From assembly GCF_006345805.1 (NCBI RefSeq), contig NC_043016.1:5084001-5148000 (forward strand): 64,000 bases of DNA, given 5' to 3'. Position 1 is the first letter of the stretch; every line of letters starts with the position of its first letter. The position numbers were made by a program, and so were the translations under genes. Under the pieces are notes generated by a model. The model saw only the letters and a list, made by a program, of their open reading frames with translations. It made no database searches and was not told the origin of the DNA. The stretch comes from Octopus sinensis. Its lineage: Eukaryota. This document shows, one piece after another, positions 13,930 to 27,322 of the stretch.

Positions 13930-13931
<2 letters not shown>
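13651..13931 (-). mobile_element. CR1/L2-group LINE 3' end with (AATC)n tail
   Basis: GPQLFNILPKNLRDLHGVDADVFKMKLDLFLSGIPDEP..RAAASNSL, then 3' UTR GGCGGTGCCCCAGCATGGCCACAG..CTGAAAC. Confidence 0.75.
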
Positions 13932-13976
<45 letters not shown>

Positions 13977-13987
13977 TAAGAATTGTC

Positions 13988-14270
13988 TATAACAAGGGCA
14001 CTAAAGCATCAGTTTTGCTAAAAATAGGAGTCAAAAATACCCCGAAGCCACAAAAATTAACGCTAATTAACTGAAGAGAATCAAATACTTTTGTCGCTAA
14101 ATTCGAATCATGACACCAGGTTAACTTGTATTTTTCAGAGCTAAGACGCAATCCTTCTTCACTTAGTTTTTTCCAATCATGCATGTAAAAATTTAGTGTT
14201 AAATCTAATGGCTCGGAGTATTTTTGTTTGCTATTTTCAGCAAAGCTGGTGCTTTAGTGCTCTTGTTATA
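13988..14270. mobile_element. MITE with ~75-bp imperfect TIRs
   Basis: TATAACAAGGGCACTAAAGCATCAGTTTTGCT.. versus reverse complement TATAACAAGAGCACTAAAGCACCAGCTTTGCT.. Confidence 0.75.
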
Positions 14271-14275
14271 TATAA

Positions 14276-14309
<34 letters not shown>

Positions 14310-15105
14310 TTTTGCATATATATATATATATATGTGTGTGTGTGCATAACATGGTATGATTATAAACGGTAAATTTTAGCCATTTCTCTGCAGACAGGAA
14401 AAAAAATGAACATCCTTAATCGATTTTCAAACCTTAATGTGTTCTTATCAGAGGAATCTACATCATTCTGACAGTCTCCAGAGAAACAAGCATCCAAACT
14501 CTTGATATACTCAATAAATGCAGCAGTTGCTCTATGCAGGAGTCCCTAATTTGCATACCGAAAGTATTTAGAGTCGATCTTTTCGGAGAAGCATTCTGGT
14601 CATTTTTGAAAATCAGCAGTCTACTTATTTTGACTCAAAAAATCTCTTTTTGGGAGTAATGGCGTTATGGTCCTATCATCTGTAAGTGCATTGCTTAAGG
14701 CTGCAGGTGAGTTGGTATAGAAGATGCCCCTCAACCTGCAACATCATTAACTAACATACAACTGGTTATACAACATACAAAATATTACTGTCAGCATCAA
14801 CAGGCTATGATGGAATGAATAATAAATATTATCTTCTGACAAAGATTAAATAGTAAATTGAATATTTTCAAGTAAGCATGGGTAAACTCTGATAGTATTG
14901 ATTTTTCATTTAAAGCCAATAATTTATTACTGTTACTCTTTCGAATACAATCTGAAATATGTCCTCATTCAGAAATAAGACATCTGTTGACGATTGGAAT
15001 GGAAAAACCGATAAAATTGTCGTTCTCACGAAGTTAATAATGCGAATAATATAGTCTTACTAACAATTTATTTCAGACAGATATTAATAAAAAGTATGAA
15101 CTTAC

Positions 15106-15744
15106 ATAAGCATTTACATGTGGGACACTATTTGCTGTTGCATCCGTCAATTCTGGTACTTGATGCTTTATATTTTGCCCATGCGTTTCTGTCATTCCAT
15201 CTTGATCAATATCGCCGTCCATCATATTACCCTGATCACCAAATTTGCTGTCCACATAATTTTTCTTGTTTTCTCTTAACCCTCCATTTTCATTGACATC
15301 TTCAGCCTTTTCGTTTTCTTCTCCCTCATTGCCTCTTTTCTTGTCTTTTACGTTTTTACCATTACTCGCTTTTCTGTTTTCCTCTATCTTTTTATCAGTG
15401 AGTTCTTTTCCTTCTTCGACCGCCATCTTTCCGACATCTCTTTTACTCCGATGGTTTTCCGTTTCCACCTCTACCAGCTGTTCTTTTTCTACATTATATT
15501 CACCATTTTCGAATTTCTTTGAGTTTCGATAATTGCTTAACTTGTCCCTATAGTTTTGTCCGTCGTCTTCTTGACCCCACGCTAACTTTTGATTCACTAC
15601 GATACCATCAAATTCATCATCTGTATTGTCATTTCCAGATGTTTCTATAACTTTGGCGACATCAAACCGTTTGAAATTAACTCCTTCTGCTGAATACATG
15701 TATAATAGCATCATTAAAATGCATCCTGTATCTACAAACCTCAT
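15106..15744 (-). CDS. MMP: MMP-B coding exon 1: signal peptide + long acidic extension (213 codons)
   Basis: Open 639-nt frame from ATG. Hydrophobic N-terminus MRFVDTGCILMMLLYMYSAEG; KR(25-26), RSKR(99-102), KKR(135-137). Perfect phase-0 donor TAT|gtaagt that joins in frame to exon 2. Confidence 0.82.
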
Positions 15745-16882
15745 AGTTATTAATGAAGTATTAACGAGTTCTTTCTTTTTTATATATATATGAATATAAG
15801 ATTGTGGAGGTGCGAGCGTATATGCGAGTTTATTTTCCTACTGCAACGTCACAATAAGTCTTATTTACTGATGTTGTTAATATTGTCTTATGGATAATTC
15901 CTTGTTCACATCTGCTTTTACCTGTATTACACTGGCTTATACAACCAGCTTCTCTCAAATTTATATATATATGTATGTGTGGGTGTGTAGATAAATAAAT
16001 AAACAAATAATCGTATGTATGTATGTATGTATGTATGTATAGGTGTAGAGGGGCGGGAATGTATATGTACTGTCTGTTTTTCTTCGTGTGTGTAGACGGT
16101 TCTATTTTTTTACTGGATTCCTATTTGTGACTGCTGCTCCATTTATTATATATAAAAAAACACAATATTTGTTTTAATGTTTGTTTTGACAAAAGAGAAA
16201 CTTGTTACCAAATTCTAATTTCTTTTATGTTCAATGGAGCGTTCTGTTTACGTAACAGTAGAGTTGTCTTCAAAATACCAACTGAACATTCTAACCTACA
16301 CTACTTCTATTGTTTGCTTGATGACGTTCAGACGGAGTCAAGCAAATTAATTTATTCACTTATACGAGCATACACACGTTCGGTTATAAGTACAACCCAC
16401 CTCACAGATATGTGGTTATGTGTATAAATGTATATATATATATGTGTGTGTGCGTGCGCACCTATAAACGTATGTATATGTACTCATATATGTTCATTTT
16501 AACAGACGTTGCATTTTCTTGAATCATCACTCTAGGTCTCGCGCTTCCGATTATTCAGCCGATTTAATTAGAGAAGCCACATGAGATGCTAACGAAAATG
16601 TTTCCTAGTGCTTCGAAATACAATCAGTAAACACGATTGGCTGACGAAGAAACGTAAGAAAATTCGTCGTAAATTTATTTCTAGTTGTAGAACCCACGAT
16701 ATTTTCAGTTATTCTCTTAAAATACCTGAGCTTTTAAAACATCTGTATCAAATGCATAAACACTCATGAGAGAAAACATTACTTGAAAATGTTTTATAAA
16801 TATTAAATATAAATTCATTTTAAATAAGTAATCATCTTTCAGAAAATGTTGAGTCTATTATATAAAAAATATACATTATATA

Positions 16883-16924
<42 letters not shown>

Positions 16925-16934
16925 TATATATATA

Positions 16935-17216
16935 TCACGTGATCGCCCAGGCCATCAGATGTTGCAACACATCGCTGGTCACAATGCACTTCGCATGGTT
17001 TTAGCCTTCGAATGACGCCACCCCGCTGGCTAAGCGAGCAGGCCAACAGAAGAAAGAGTGAGAGAAAGAGTGGTGAAAGGTACAGCAGGGATAACCACCC
17101 CCTGCCGGAGGCTCGTGGAGCTTTTAGGTGTTTTCGCTCAATAAACACTCACAATGCCCGGTCTGGGAATCGAAACCGCGATCCTACGACCGCGAGTCTG
17201 CTGCCCTAACCACTGG
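16935..17216 (-). mobile_element. tRNA-derived SINE
   Basis: Head CAGTGGTTAGGGCAGCAGACTCGCGGTCGTAGGATCGCGGTTTCGATTCCCAGACCGGGC (A/B boxes), nearly identical to 40188-40250. Confidence 0.85.
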
Positions 17217-17597
17217 TTAGTATGTATGTATGTATGTATGTATGTATGTATGTATGAATGTATGTATGTATGTATGTATGTATGTAGAAGGCTGAAAATG
17301 CTAAATCAATTTTATAAAAACATTTCAGTACCGGTTATTCTAAGGCTGTGGTGGATAACCGGTACTGAAATGATTTTTTATAAAATTATTTCACCATTTT
17401 CTACCTTGACTTTTCCATATATATATATATATATATATATATGAATAAAAATGGAGTTCAAAATATTCAACGTAAACACGAAGTTTCAACCTTTATAAAC
17501 AAGGAGTTACATCTTTACTTGTGAGATTTTTGCTGCCCTGCGTAACTATATTATTTTTTCCGTGTTAATTGTTAACAAGTAAAAATACACTCATCTA

Positions 17598-17661
<64 letters not shown>

Positions 17662-17760
17662 ATATACATATATACAACACACACACACACACACATTCAC
17701 GCGCGCGCACGCGAAGTCAAATACGTGAGGTCATAGAGTAACCAACTGTTCGGCATTTAT

Positions 17761-18506
17761 AAAGCGCGTAGCTTTATAGACGACTCATTGGACTCCAGTG
17801 GCCGCGGATATATAACCACTCTCCAAACTGGAGCTAGAAAAACGTTACGGTCTGTTAATTTGTTAGCAAAAGAATAATATACATTCTGTAAGCCCTAAAT
17901 GAGACAGTTATCGCTCTTAGACCGGTCATACCTTATGGACTTGAAGAGAGAACGAGGAATCTCCGCCCTTAGGTTGGTCTCAGGTCCGCAAATACTTTTT
18001 ACCGTCTTAATGGACGAACGGGGAATCCCATAAAATGCAGCAGGTGGCGTTTGAAACGTAAGCAGGGGCTATAGACCACGTGTCACGGGTTTAAAAATAC
18101 TCCGCATCATAGCGTAGCTAGGCTCCTATATAAACAGGACCAGACGATGCAAGCTTTTCATAGCTGATGTGAAGTCTTTCTTAAACTCAAGATACGAGAT
18201 TTATAGCCCCTGCCTTTATTTCAAATGTTATCTGCTGCAGGCAAAGGATTCCACTTTTGTCTATTAGGACGGTAAAAGTATTTGTAGACCTGAGGAACCT
18301 AAGTGGGATGATTCCTCGTTCGCTCTTTAGGCCAATGAGATTTGCTGATTGGACCCCTCTAAGGGAGATAAACTGTCCCACTCTAGGCTCAGACAGTGTA
18401 TATTATTCTTTGTTAACAAATTACCTGACAGTAACGGCTTTCTGCATCCAGTTTGAAGAGAGTTTATATTAGAATCTGACGAATCGTCTATAAATCTAAG
18501 CGCTTT
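17761..18506. repeat. ~746-bp diverged palindrome (foldback element)
   Basis: The reverse complement of 17761-18120 aligns by eye with 18150-18506 along its whole length (e.g. TATATTATTCTTT..AACAAATT, GACGGTAAAA.GTATTTG, TATAGCCCCTGC). Centre CCTATATAAACAGG at 18125-18138. Confidence 0.85.
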
Positions 18507-18540
18507 GTGGAAGCGAAGCCATATTCTCTTTTGCATTTCT

Positions 18541-18779
18541 CATTTTACTTGTTTCAGTCATTTTGACTGCGGCCATGCTGGAGCACCGCATTTAATCGAG
18601 CAACTCGACCCCGGGACTTATTCTTTGTAGGCCCAGTACTTATTCTATCGGTATCTTTTGCCAAACCGCTAAGTTACGGGGATATAAACACACCAGCATC
18701 GGTTGTCAAGCAATGTTAGGGGGACAAACACAGTTACACAAACATACACGCACACACACACACACACAACACACACACA

Positions 18780-18829
<50 letters not shown>

Positions 18830-18993
18830 TATATACGACGGGCTTCTTTCAGTTCCCGTCTAACAAATCCACTCACAAGGCTTGGTCGGCCCGAAGCTAT
18901 AGTAGAAGACAGTTGGCCAAGGTGCCACGCAGTGGACTGAACCGGAACCATGTGGCTGGTAAACAAGCTACTTACCACACAACCACTCCTGCG
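18541..18993 (-). mobile_element. Full-length tRNA/CORE-type SINE with central (CA)/(TA) microsatellite
   Basis: Head GGAGTGGTTGTGTGGTAAG..GGTTCCGGTTCAGTCCACTGCGTGGCACCTTGGCC; tail GCGGTGCTCCAGCATGGCCGCAGTC..GACTGAAAC. Same family at ~21060-21235, ~29695-29840, ~30310-30530, 52769-53345, 58615-59020 and 59693-60110. Confidence 0.85.
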
Positions 18994-19091
18994 ATGCCAA
19001 TACATAACTGCTCTAGCTTTTATGGTGGGTTTCTTTTTCGGATATATGATCCACTGACCACACGCACGCACACACACACACACACACACAG

Positions 19092-19151
<60 letters not shown>

Positions 19152-19158
19152 ACACACA

Positions 19159-19200
<42 letters not shown>

Positions 19201-22200
19201 ATGGCGTTGTAATCAAAAGTGTAAATAAAGATTTATCCATTAGTGTCAGGACAAGCGCTAAGTGCTTGTTAGCAATGTATAGTATCAATGAACATTCGTG
19301 AATTTCATATTATTAATTTCATTATATTTTATTTTCGCTTATCATTTTAAAAACTTTCTTGCTTGGCATTCACTCTTTTAACAGACTCGTAGGTGTGCTC
19401 GTATATTGGAGAATGATAAAATATGTGAGTTTATGTGTGCATACGCATGTTGTGTTTTGGAAGTAATATAGGATCATTCAGGCAAACAACATCGGTGTGC
19501 GACAGCAAGGTACCCCAAACGTGCCAGTTTACCTGTCATTAGAGCTTTACAAGTTGATTGGGTACTTAAGTTCTAATGTATTAGGACTTCCCATACAGGT
19601 TAGCATTAATCCGTTAACACAGATCGGCAATCGATGAAACTAGGCAATAATTAGTTGAGACATTATTTCATTTGATGCACCGCAAAAAGATAAAAATACA
19701 AAATCGACTTCGGTGATATTGAACGTAAAATAAATAGAACATATACAAAGAACAAATACCGCAAAATATTTTGTTCGACACACCAACGAATCTATCTATA
19801 TATACTAGGTTTAAGTAAATACATTGATAGAAAGTTCCTCAATATATATGTATAAACAGTCTCATAAATTAAAAACTCAATAAAAGAAAATAGTAAAGAC
19901 AAAATATAAAAGATGCTTGTATTAGAATTGTATAAAATTGTATAAAATTGTATAAAAGATTAAATGATATATCTATAAGAACAAGTATAAAAGGTACTGC
20001 ATCAACAAAACAAGCCAAAAATATCCAACAAAAAATTCTACATATGTTTCAATCGAACATATGTTTGAAACATCAATAATTCTAACTTTTATAGATGTAA
20101 TTATCGATATATTGCCATATTATTAGGACACAGAGTTCATGCAATTAGAAATTCATCGTTTAAAATTTAGCTAATTTTGAACGTTGAAATGCTGCTGAAA
20201 CATCAAATTTATTTGAAAAATATATCTATTATTATATTTAAATTTAAATTTAACTCTAAAATTTGAATATATTTATAAAAGCTTATGTGAGGGAGATGGT
20301 AGATAGACGGATGTAATTTATCGTGAGAGGTGTAATATACAAAGAATTAGATTGGGAAATGTAAATAAAGATTGCATAACAGTGGTGTCATTTAGGATTA
20401 AATTGTTTAGGATATAATTTCCGGTGTTCTAAGAAAAGAATATTTAGTATTCAAAAATATTAGGTATATAAAAAATTATATTGAACACAATTACGAAATG
20501 CTATATATATATATGTATAAATGAGTAGCGTAGATGTACGCGTGTCAATTCATTACGGCCGTTTCAAGCTACTCTTTTAATTGATTAATGAAAACAATAC
20601 ATCATGTGAAGGAAACCGTTCTCGTCAGATAACGGCATAGGCTTCAAACATAAAAGATACACCCACCGCATTAACATATTCACATCAATAATGGAGCTCA
20701 AATTATTTACTTTGTTTCTGTTGTCATATCTCTAGTAGAGTGAGTTTAGAAAGTAATGCATACATTGTCAAGTCTACCATAATTTTCAGAGCAGCAAAGG
20801 AAATAGTGGGGATCAGGATAAAAAGCGTGGTGACTTAGTTACTTACACATAGAAGACAATATGTAGAATGTAGTCTTCAACCAGTTAGAATCAAATGCAT
20901 TGGGAGTTGTCAACTGTATTCTAGTTAATGGTTATAAATCAATTATTGTCAGACAATCTACTAGATTCTCAATATACTGGAACCATATATTCAGCTTAAT
21001 CTACACAAAAAGGTAGGGCGTGGAGTAGTAATAAGGGAATGCCTGATGTACGTATGTTTGTGTGTCTGTGTGTGTCTCCCCCCCCCCCCCCAACGTCGCT
21101 TGACAACCGATCCGATTTTGGTTTGTTTATGTCCCTGTAACTTAGCGGTTTGGCAAAAGAGACCGATAGAATAAGTACCAGGTTTACAAAGAATAAGTCC
21201 TGGGGTTGATTTGTTCGACTAAAAGTCTGAAACAAAGAAGATCATGAAAAATATATTCTATAATGAATGCATAACAGAATCAAATTATCATATAAATAGA
21301 AACTTATCATTTACGTTAAACAAATATAAGCGCTATTTGCTTCATTATGGGTGGATAAATATAAGATGTCCTAAGAAATGGTTTCCAATATATGGGTAAT
21401 TAAATTAGAGATATACCAAATGTATACGGGGGTACATTCAGATACAATATTTAAACCAATTTGGGCACATAAACGCTTAATGAATATACTACATGATTAA
21501 AAATATAATAAAATAAGAATTCACATACTCAGCGAATTGCATAAAAAGCCTTATAAATTGTCGAAAAAATATTATAAGTTATAAGCGCTATGGAAGTATA
21601 TAAAAGAATATATAAATGTATAGAAATATCAAATATAAAATATAAAAATTTATAAAATATGCTTAATTACAAATATAAAAATATATTATATTATATGGTG
21701 AGTTTTATGAAAAGAAATTATAAACTGCCAGACCATTTATAAGCTATAAAAGTTACAAATATGTATAAAATGCTATATAAATACATTAAAATTTAATAAT
21801 ATAAAATATAAAAATTTATAAAATATCTTTTACAGAATGATATAAAATATTTAAAAGAGACATAAAGAAAATATATAATATAAAATTAAATTAAATTAAA
21901 TAAGAAAAAAGCTGCTTGCTAATTAAGTATGTAATAACTATTAAAAAGTAGTAAAAGAAAGCAATTATTAAAGGGTTGACCATATGGAAATATTTTTATA
22001 AATTCATGTTCTAAGGAATTTCCTATAATTTCGATTTCGCAACTTTATTGAATTTTTTAACTCCAATTTCTCGTAAATTTAATTATTCACTGCGTCCAAT
22101 TCATCACAAATTTAAATATCCATTGCATTCACTGCGGAATATTCCGTTTTCATTTACAACGTCTCTCACTTTCTCTGTTAAGTTTTAATTCGCTTTTAAT

Positions 22201-23611
22201 GTATACGTAAGTTAAAAAAATATTTTTTTGACTGAAATATTATTATTAAAATACCTATATAACGTTTGAACGCGGGATAGCTTTGAGAAGACCCTAGAAG
22301 GTTGGGTAATTACTATTAGAAGACGAGAAGAAAAAAAGTTAGCGACACGTACTCGAAACTTGCATCTTATTCAGAGTTTCCAATCACAACTTCAACAGTG
22401 ACACACACACACACCAATACACACTCACGCACACACATAGATACACATATACCTAAATGAAAGATAATGAAAGTGTGTATGTGCGTGTGTGTGTGTGTGT
22501 GTGTCTGTGTGTGTGTGTGTGTGTGTGTGCACTGTTCACTGACAAAACTTTGTGCTGCATCACTTTCGTGGAGTTTTGTCAGTGAAGAGGTCGCGGTTTC
22601 AAAGCGTCGAAAATATTTTGACACAAATGAAGTTTTAATGTTGAAGTAAAACTAACGCTATTTGTGTGCTTCGTGAATGGTTTACAAACACCTTCCACGC
22701 TGCAATTGTTTTTGCTTCAGCACACGATCTCGGATCGGGTCACTTGCTATGCAAGTTACGTCTCCGTAATTTTTTTTAATCACTGAGGATAAACGCCAGC
22801 AGTGACCTTCTTAGGATCTCCAATATTTTAATTTCTAAACAGAAACAATCGAGAGCAGGGAGTGGGATCGCAAAAATTTCATAATTTCTAAAATTTTCTT
22901 TTTATAGCATATAAATATATTTATAGGGGAAAAACATATTGAAAAACATTAATACATACAAGAGTGATAAATAAACGAGGAGGGTTGTCTTTAGATGATC
23001 TAGAAACAACACCCTTAAATGACGCTTCCCTCTGAAAATATTAATATTTTTTCACCGAAAACTTTCTTCTCATGTTTCTGAAGAGCCAAAACAAATTGGT
23101 CAAAACAGGCTCGGAGTGGAATGATGAGGGAGACGGGTGTAAAGAAAAGAGTTTTGAAACCTTCTTTCATACAAAGATGTCCTCTATAACCCCATTATTT
23201 CGAAGGCTGTAGTTTAAAAGAAATGGGGAAAATCCCCGAAAAAAGTTTCCCCACAAATTTCTTTATAATCATAATCTATGTTGTTTAGAAGAGACTTGTA
23301 TAAATTTTCATTAAAATATACTCATCTTCCTGAAAGTTATGAAGAAAAAAGTCAGATCGTGAGAATTATCTCCATCCCCTCGCAAATTTTTTCCCATAAA
23401 TCTCTATATATATTCTGAAGCTACAACATCTAAGCGGCATTTGTAAAAAAATTTGTTAACAGCTATTTTTCTAGTAGTTATGAGGCAACAAAGGGTGGTG
23501 CGTATACATCCGTTGTAATGCTCTTTTATTATACGATTTTTTCATTTGATGTTTACTTCATTCATTCTTTGCAATCTTCTCTCTCTCCCACCCTCCCTCT
23601 CTCTCACTCAC

Positions 23612-23827
23612 ACACAATGCAAAGCTGATAGGAGGGATGCTGAATTGAAATCTCTATGTTGCTTTGAGGGGAAGATAAAGCTTGACAAACTACTTCCCCA
23701 TCAGTTGTTGGACTACCTTGATGTTTGTTTAAAGAAGAAAGATTATTACTGTGATAAAATGATGAAAGCAATATTTACTAAGCAAGTGAGCACTATTATA
23801 CAAAGAATAATTAGACGTAAAATATAA
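23612..23827 (+). mobile_element. Possible Helitron RepHel N-terminal fragment, just downstream of a HINE-like 3' end (~23538)
   Basis: QCKADRRDAELKSLCCFEGKIKL resembles the Helitron C-x-A-x5-E-x3-[LM]CC-x2-GK[IV]-x-L motif (from memory). Confidence 0.45.
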
Positions 23828-25039
23828 GAATTATAAGAATTGGGAATCAAATGTGAAAATATTAACGGAAGCAAAAATATCTTTGGAGGTAAAAATATCA
23901 AGTGCAAACACTCCTGCGCAGAGTTTTAGTATTCAATATTCAATTAATACTGTTTGAGCGTGCGGATTATACCGACCTAACAAGGTACCTCAATTTCAGT
24001 ACCTAATTGAACGGAATTCGTCAACAATATATATATATAGACATATGCGTGTGTGTGTGTGTGTAATTAATCATATTTCTTTTTTTTTTTTTTCATTTGT
24101 TGGAATAAAGTTTCCTTATTAGTAATTTCACTTTTACTGATGAATATTAGTTTAAAAATAAGAGAGAAAAGTCAGTAGGATTTAGTGGAGACGGATATCC
24201 ATAAGAAGGAACCTAAACTGGAATGTGGAGAAATTATATAGATACGTCTACGGCAATGACGAAAGCGCTTCATCACGGATGCAGTCGCATCGAAACAAGA
24301 ACTGCATGATTAAGAAGCAAACGTATCAATCACTCGGCCTTAAGGATACTTGCGCATGATTACAAGTGTGGGCTTGGGTTGTCACGTTAGCAAGGGTGCA
24401 ACATGTACTTTTAAATATCTGCTTAAAACACACGACTTGGTCTATTATGACGTATCTAAGTTAATTGACAGATTGAATATCATCACGTACACTTAACAGA
24501 TTACGTTCTTTGTATATACTGGCGCCGTAATAGTTGTTTGATAAAGACGCTCACTTTGGAACCTTATGATTCCGGATTCCACCAGACGGAGGGGGTTATT
24601 GGCAAGTGTCTTTATCATAAACTCTGCTTGGATAATACTTTGTGAGCGTCATCTGAGAGTCAGAAACTGTGAAATACTGTTGAATAGATAATGTTTGCTT
24701 ATTTTTTGTTTTTTTCTTTTTTGGTTTCCCTTTTGAGAAATTGCCAAGTTTTGCCTTTAAATGGTGAACTCTCTTCTGTTTTTAATTATTTGAAACCTTC
24801 TTAGAAAGGAACTGGTTTCTAAGAAATGTACTAATCTCCATTGTTGGAATGTAGATAACAAAATCAAATTCACATTTTAAACATGAGAAAAGTCTTGAGT
24901 ATTTTTACTGTCCACTTACAGAATGTAATTATAATGTGCGAGTCGCTTGATTTCTTTTATCTGAAAATCCTAGCTTATCCAAATTGTTACTACGGCATTT
25001 ACTCATGAAGAGCACTAATTATTTTTAGTAAAAATAATC

Positions 25040-25790
25040 ATTCCTAAACTTGGCACACAAGCTAAAGGTTTCGAGTAGTTATCCCTTTGATTTTCACATC
25101 AGCAGGGCAGCTCTAAGACGGTAGATAAATGTTTTCTTGTTTTTCCCAAGCAACGATATCTGGCCTGTTTTGTTTACACTTGACAGTAATTTTGATGGGC
25201 ATGTTCTACCAATATTCTTTCTGTTTGTGTATGTATTCAATAACAATGAGGTTCTCTATATTTACTTCAGGACAGACTCTTTTTCCTTTTTTTTTTAGTG
25301 ACATTAAACAGGTTCTTGTGCTAAATGCAGTCTTGAGCAACCATGAGGCGGGAATTGAATCTAATCATCCTATAATCAAACCATACTATCGCAAGGTTTC
25401 TACGGTGTTTTTCTACTTCGGACACCACAGTATTGTTTATCAATAACTGTTCGGCACATCCCCGTATTCCCTTCTTTTCATCTACCAGCTAATCAGTCAA
25501 TATGTTATTGAACACCCATTGAACTTGGAGGAATTGGTTGAAGCAGTCTGTGTATAGGCGCTACGATAAATTATTGCTTTATTAATGTTTTAACCAGCAT
25601 AAGGATTTTATAGCTCTTCAATAATACTTCATGGTTCTTAAATTATACTTATTCCATCAGCTATTTAGATAAGAATTACCTGACGTACGTTTATACTTTT
25701 ACCACTATGAAATTTGTTGCCCAACATATTGAAACAGGCAACAGATCCTATCTGTCCAGGGATTCAGGTGTCAATTACTGCAGTATTCTT
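25040..25790 (-). mobile_element. Old, internally deleted R4/Dong-type remnant
   Basis: Minus frames give GIRGCAEQLLINNTVVSEVEKHRRNLAIVWFDYR (RT motif 3) and MPIKITVKCKQNRPDIVAWEK (REL). Confidence 0.7.
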
Positions 25791-26214
25791 CCTGATACAT
25801 ACACATACACGCAAAAACACAGAAAGATATAGAAGACACATACACTTAAATGTTTTCAATGTCGCATATACCACGTCTTAGTAAAAAGGTATAAGAATAA
25901 AATAGATTAATTTACATTCGGACAGTATTACATGAACGCACAAATTAAAATTTATTCTTCATTCTAGCATTCATTGTAATTAACTAAGTCATATATTCGA
26001 ACATAGAATTGTATATTCAAATAAATAAATGTAGATTCAGTGATTCGACAGCGAATTTATTTATTAACAATACCAAAATATAAAAGTTTGTATTTGTTCC
26101 ACGTAAGCTCCCTCCATTTTTGATATTGTGATATATATATCAAAACAGATTTTAGATGGTAGTGTATATATATATATATATATGTGTGTGTATGTGTGTC
26201 TAACTCGACTCCGT

Positions 26215-26538
26215 CGGTCACGAATGACCATGGGTGCACCTAGGAGTCCGGGCAGAAAGTCGCCTGACCGGCGAACGCACAACCTAAGGTTGTTTTTATG
26301 GAAGACCAGAAGCTGCTCATGCATACCAGCTTCCACCGATGTTATCCAAGGGAAAGGCAAAGTCTGATACAGCGTGCCACTAGTGACGTGGCAACTCACT
26401 TTTACAGATGAGTGAACTGGAGCAACAGGAAATATAGTGTCTTGCTCAAGAATATAACACACAGTCCTGTCTGGGAATCGAACTCATACCCTTATGATCG
26501 TAAGCTCGATGGTCTAACCACTGAGCCATGCACCTTCA
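26215..26538 (-). mobile_element. tRNA-derived CORE-like SINE
   Basis: GGCTCAGTGGTTAGA..GAGTTCGATTCCC head, TTGAGCAAGACACT..CTCCAGTTCACTCATCTGTAAAA core, GTGACCGACGGAG tail. Confidence 0.75.
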
Positions 26539-26613
<75 letters not shown>

Positions 26614-26720
26614 TATATTATAATATATATATATATATATACACATACAACTACATACATACATACATACATAAACATACACACACGTGTGTGTGTATAG
26701 ATAGACAGACAGACAGATAA

Positions 26721-26791
<71 letters not shown>

Positions 26792-27200
26792 TAGATAGAT
26801 AGATAGATATTACATATTTTTATGTGTGTGTGTGTTTGTGTGTGTACTGTGTGTGTGTACTGTGTGTACTGTGTGTGTACTGTGTGTGTACTGTTACATA
26901 GACTGAGAAAGAGAGAGAGAGAGAGAAAGGTAAAGCAAGAAAGGAAGAAAGAAAAAGAAAGAGATAGCATATACTCTCACATATACGGTAACTCTCTGTC
27001 TGGTATCCTTTTAGACCATAATTCTGAAAAATTTCGATGTCATAAATATATTAAAATGTATTTCAGTCTTCGGTAAACGCTTATGTTCCCCATCCCTAAA
27101 GGGCCACCATCTAACCCTTTCAGTGATAGGCCTAAGATTTTGATTTCTAAAATCCTTAAGCTGTAGCTAACAGTCATTGCTTTCTTTATCCCTTTCAATC

Positions 27201-27252
<52 letters not shown>

Positions 27253-27322
27253 TTCCCACTGTAATTAACACTAGTACGACTTTCTTACACTCAGGTCAGT
27301 CCCGAATTTATTCTTCTATATC

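Noticed and set aside
15775-15792. TATA box for MMP-B
   Set aside because: TATATAAA ~35 nt upstream of the ATG is part of a (TA)n run, which is ubiquitous in this window.
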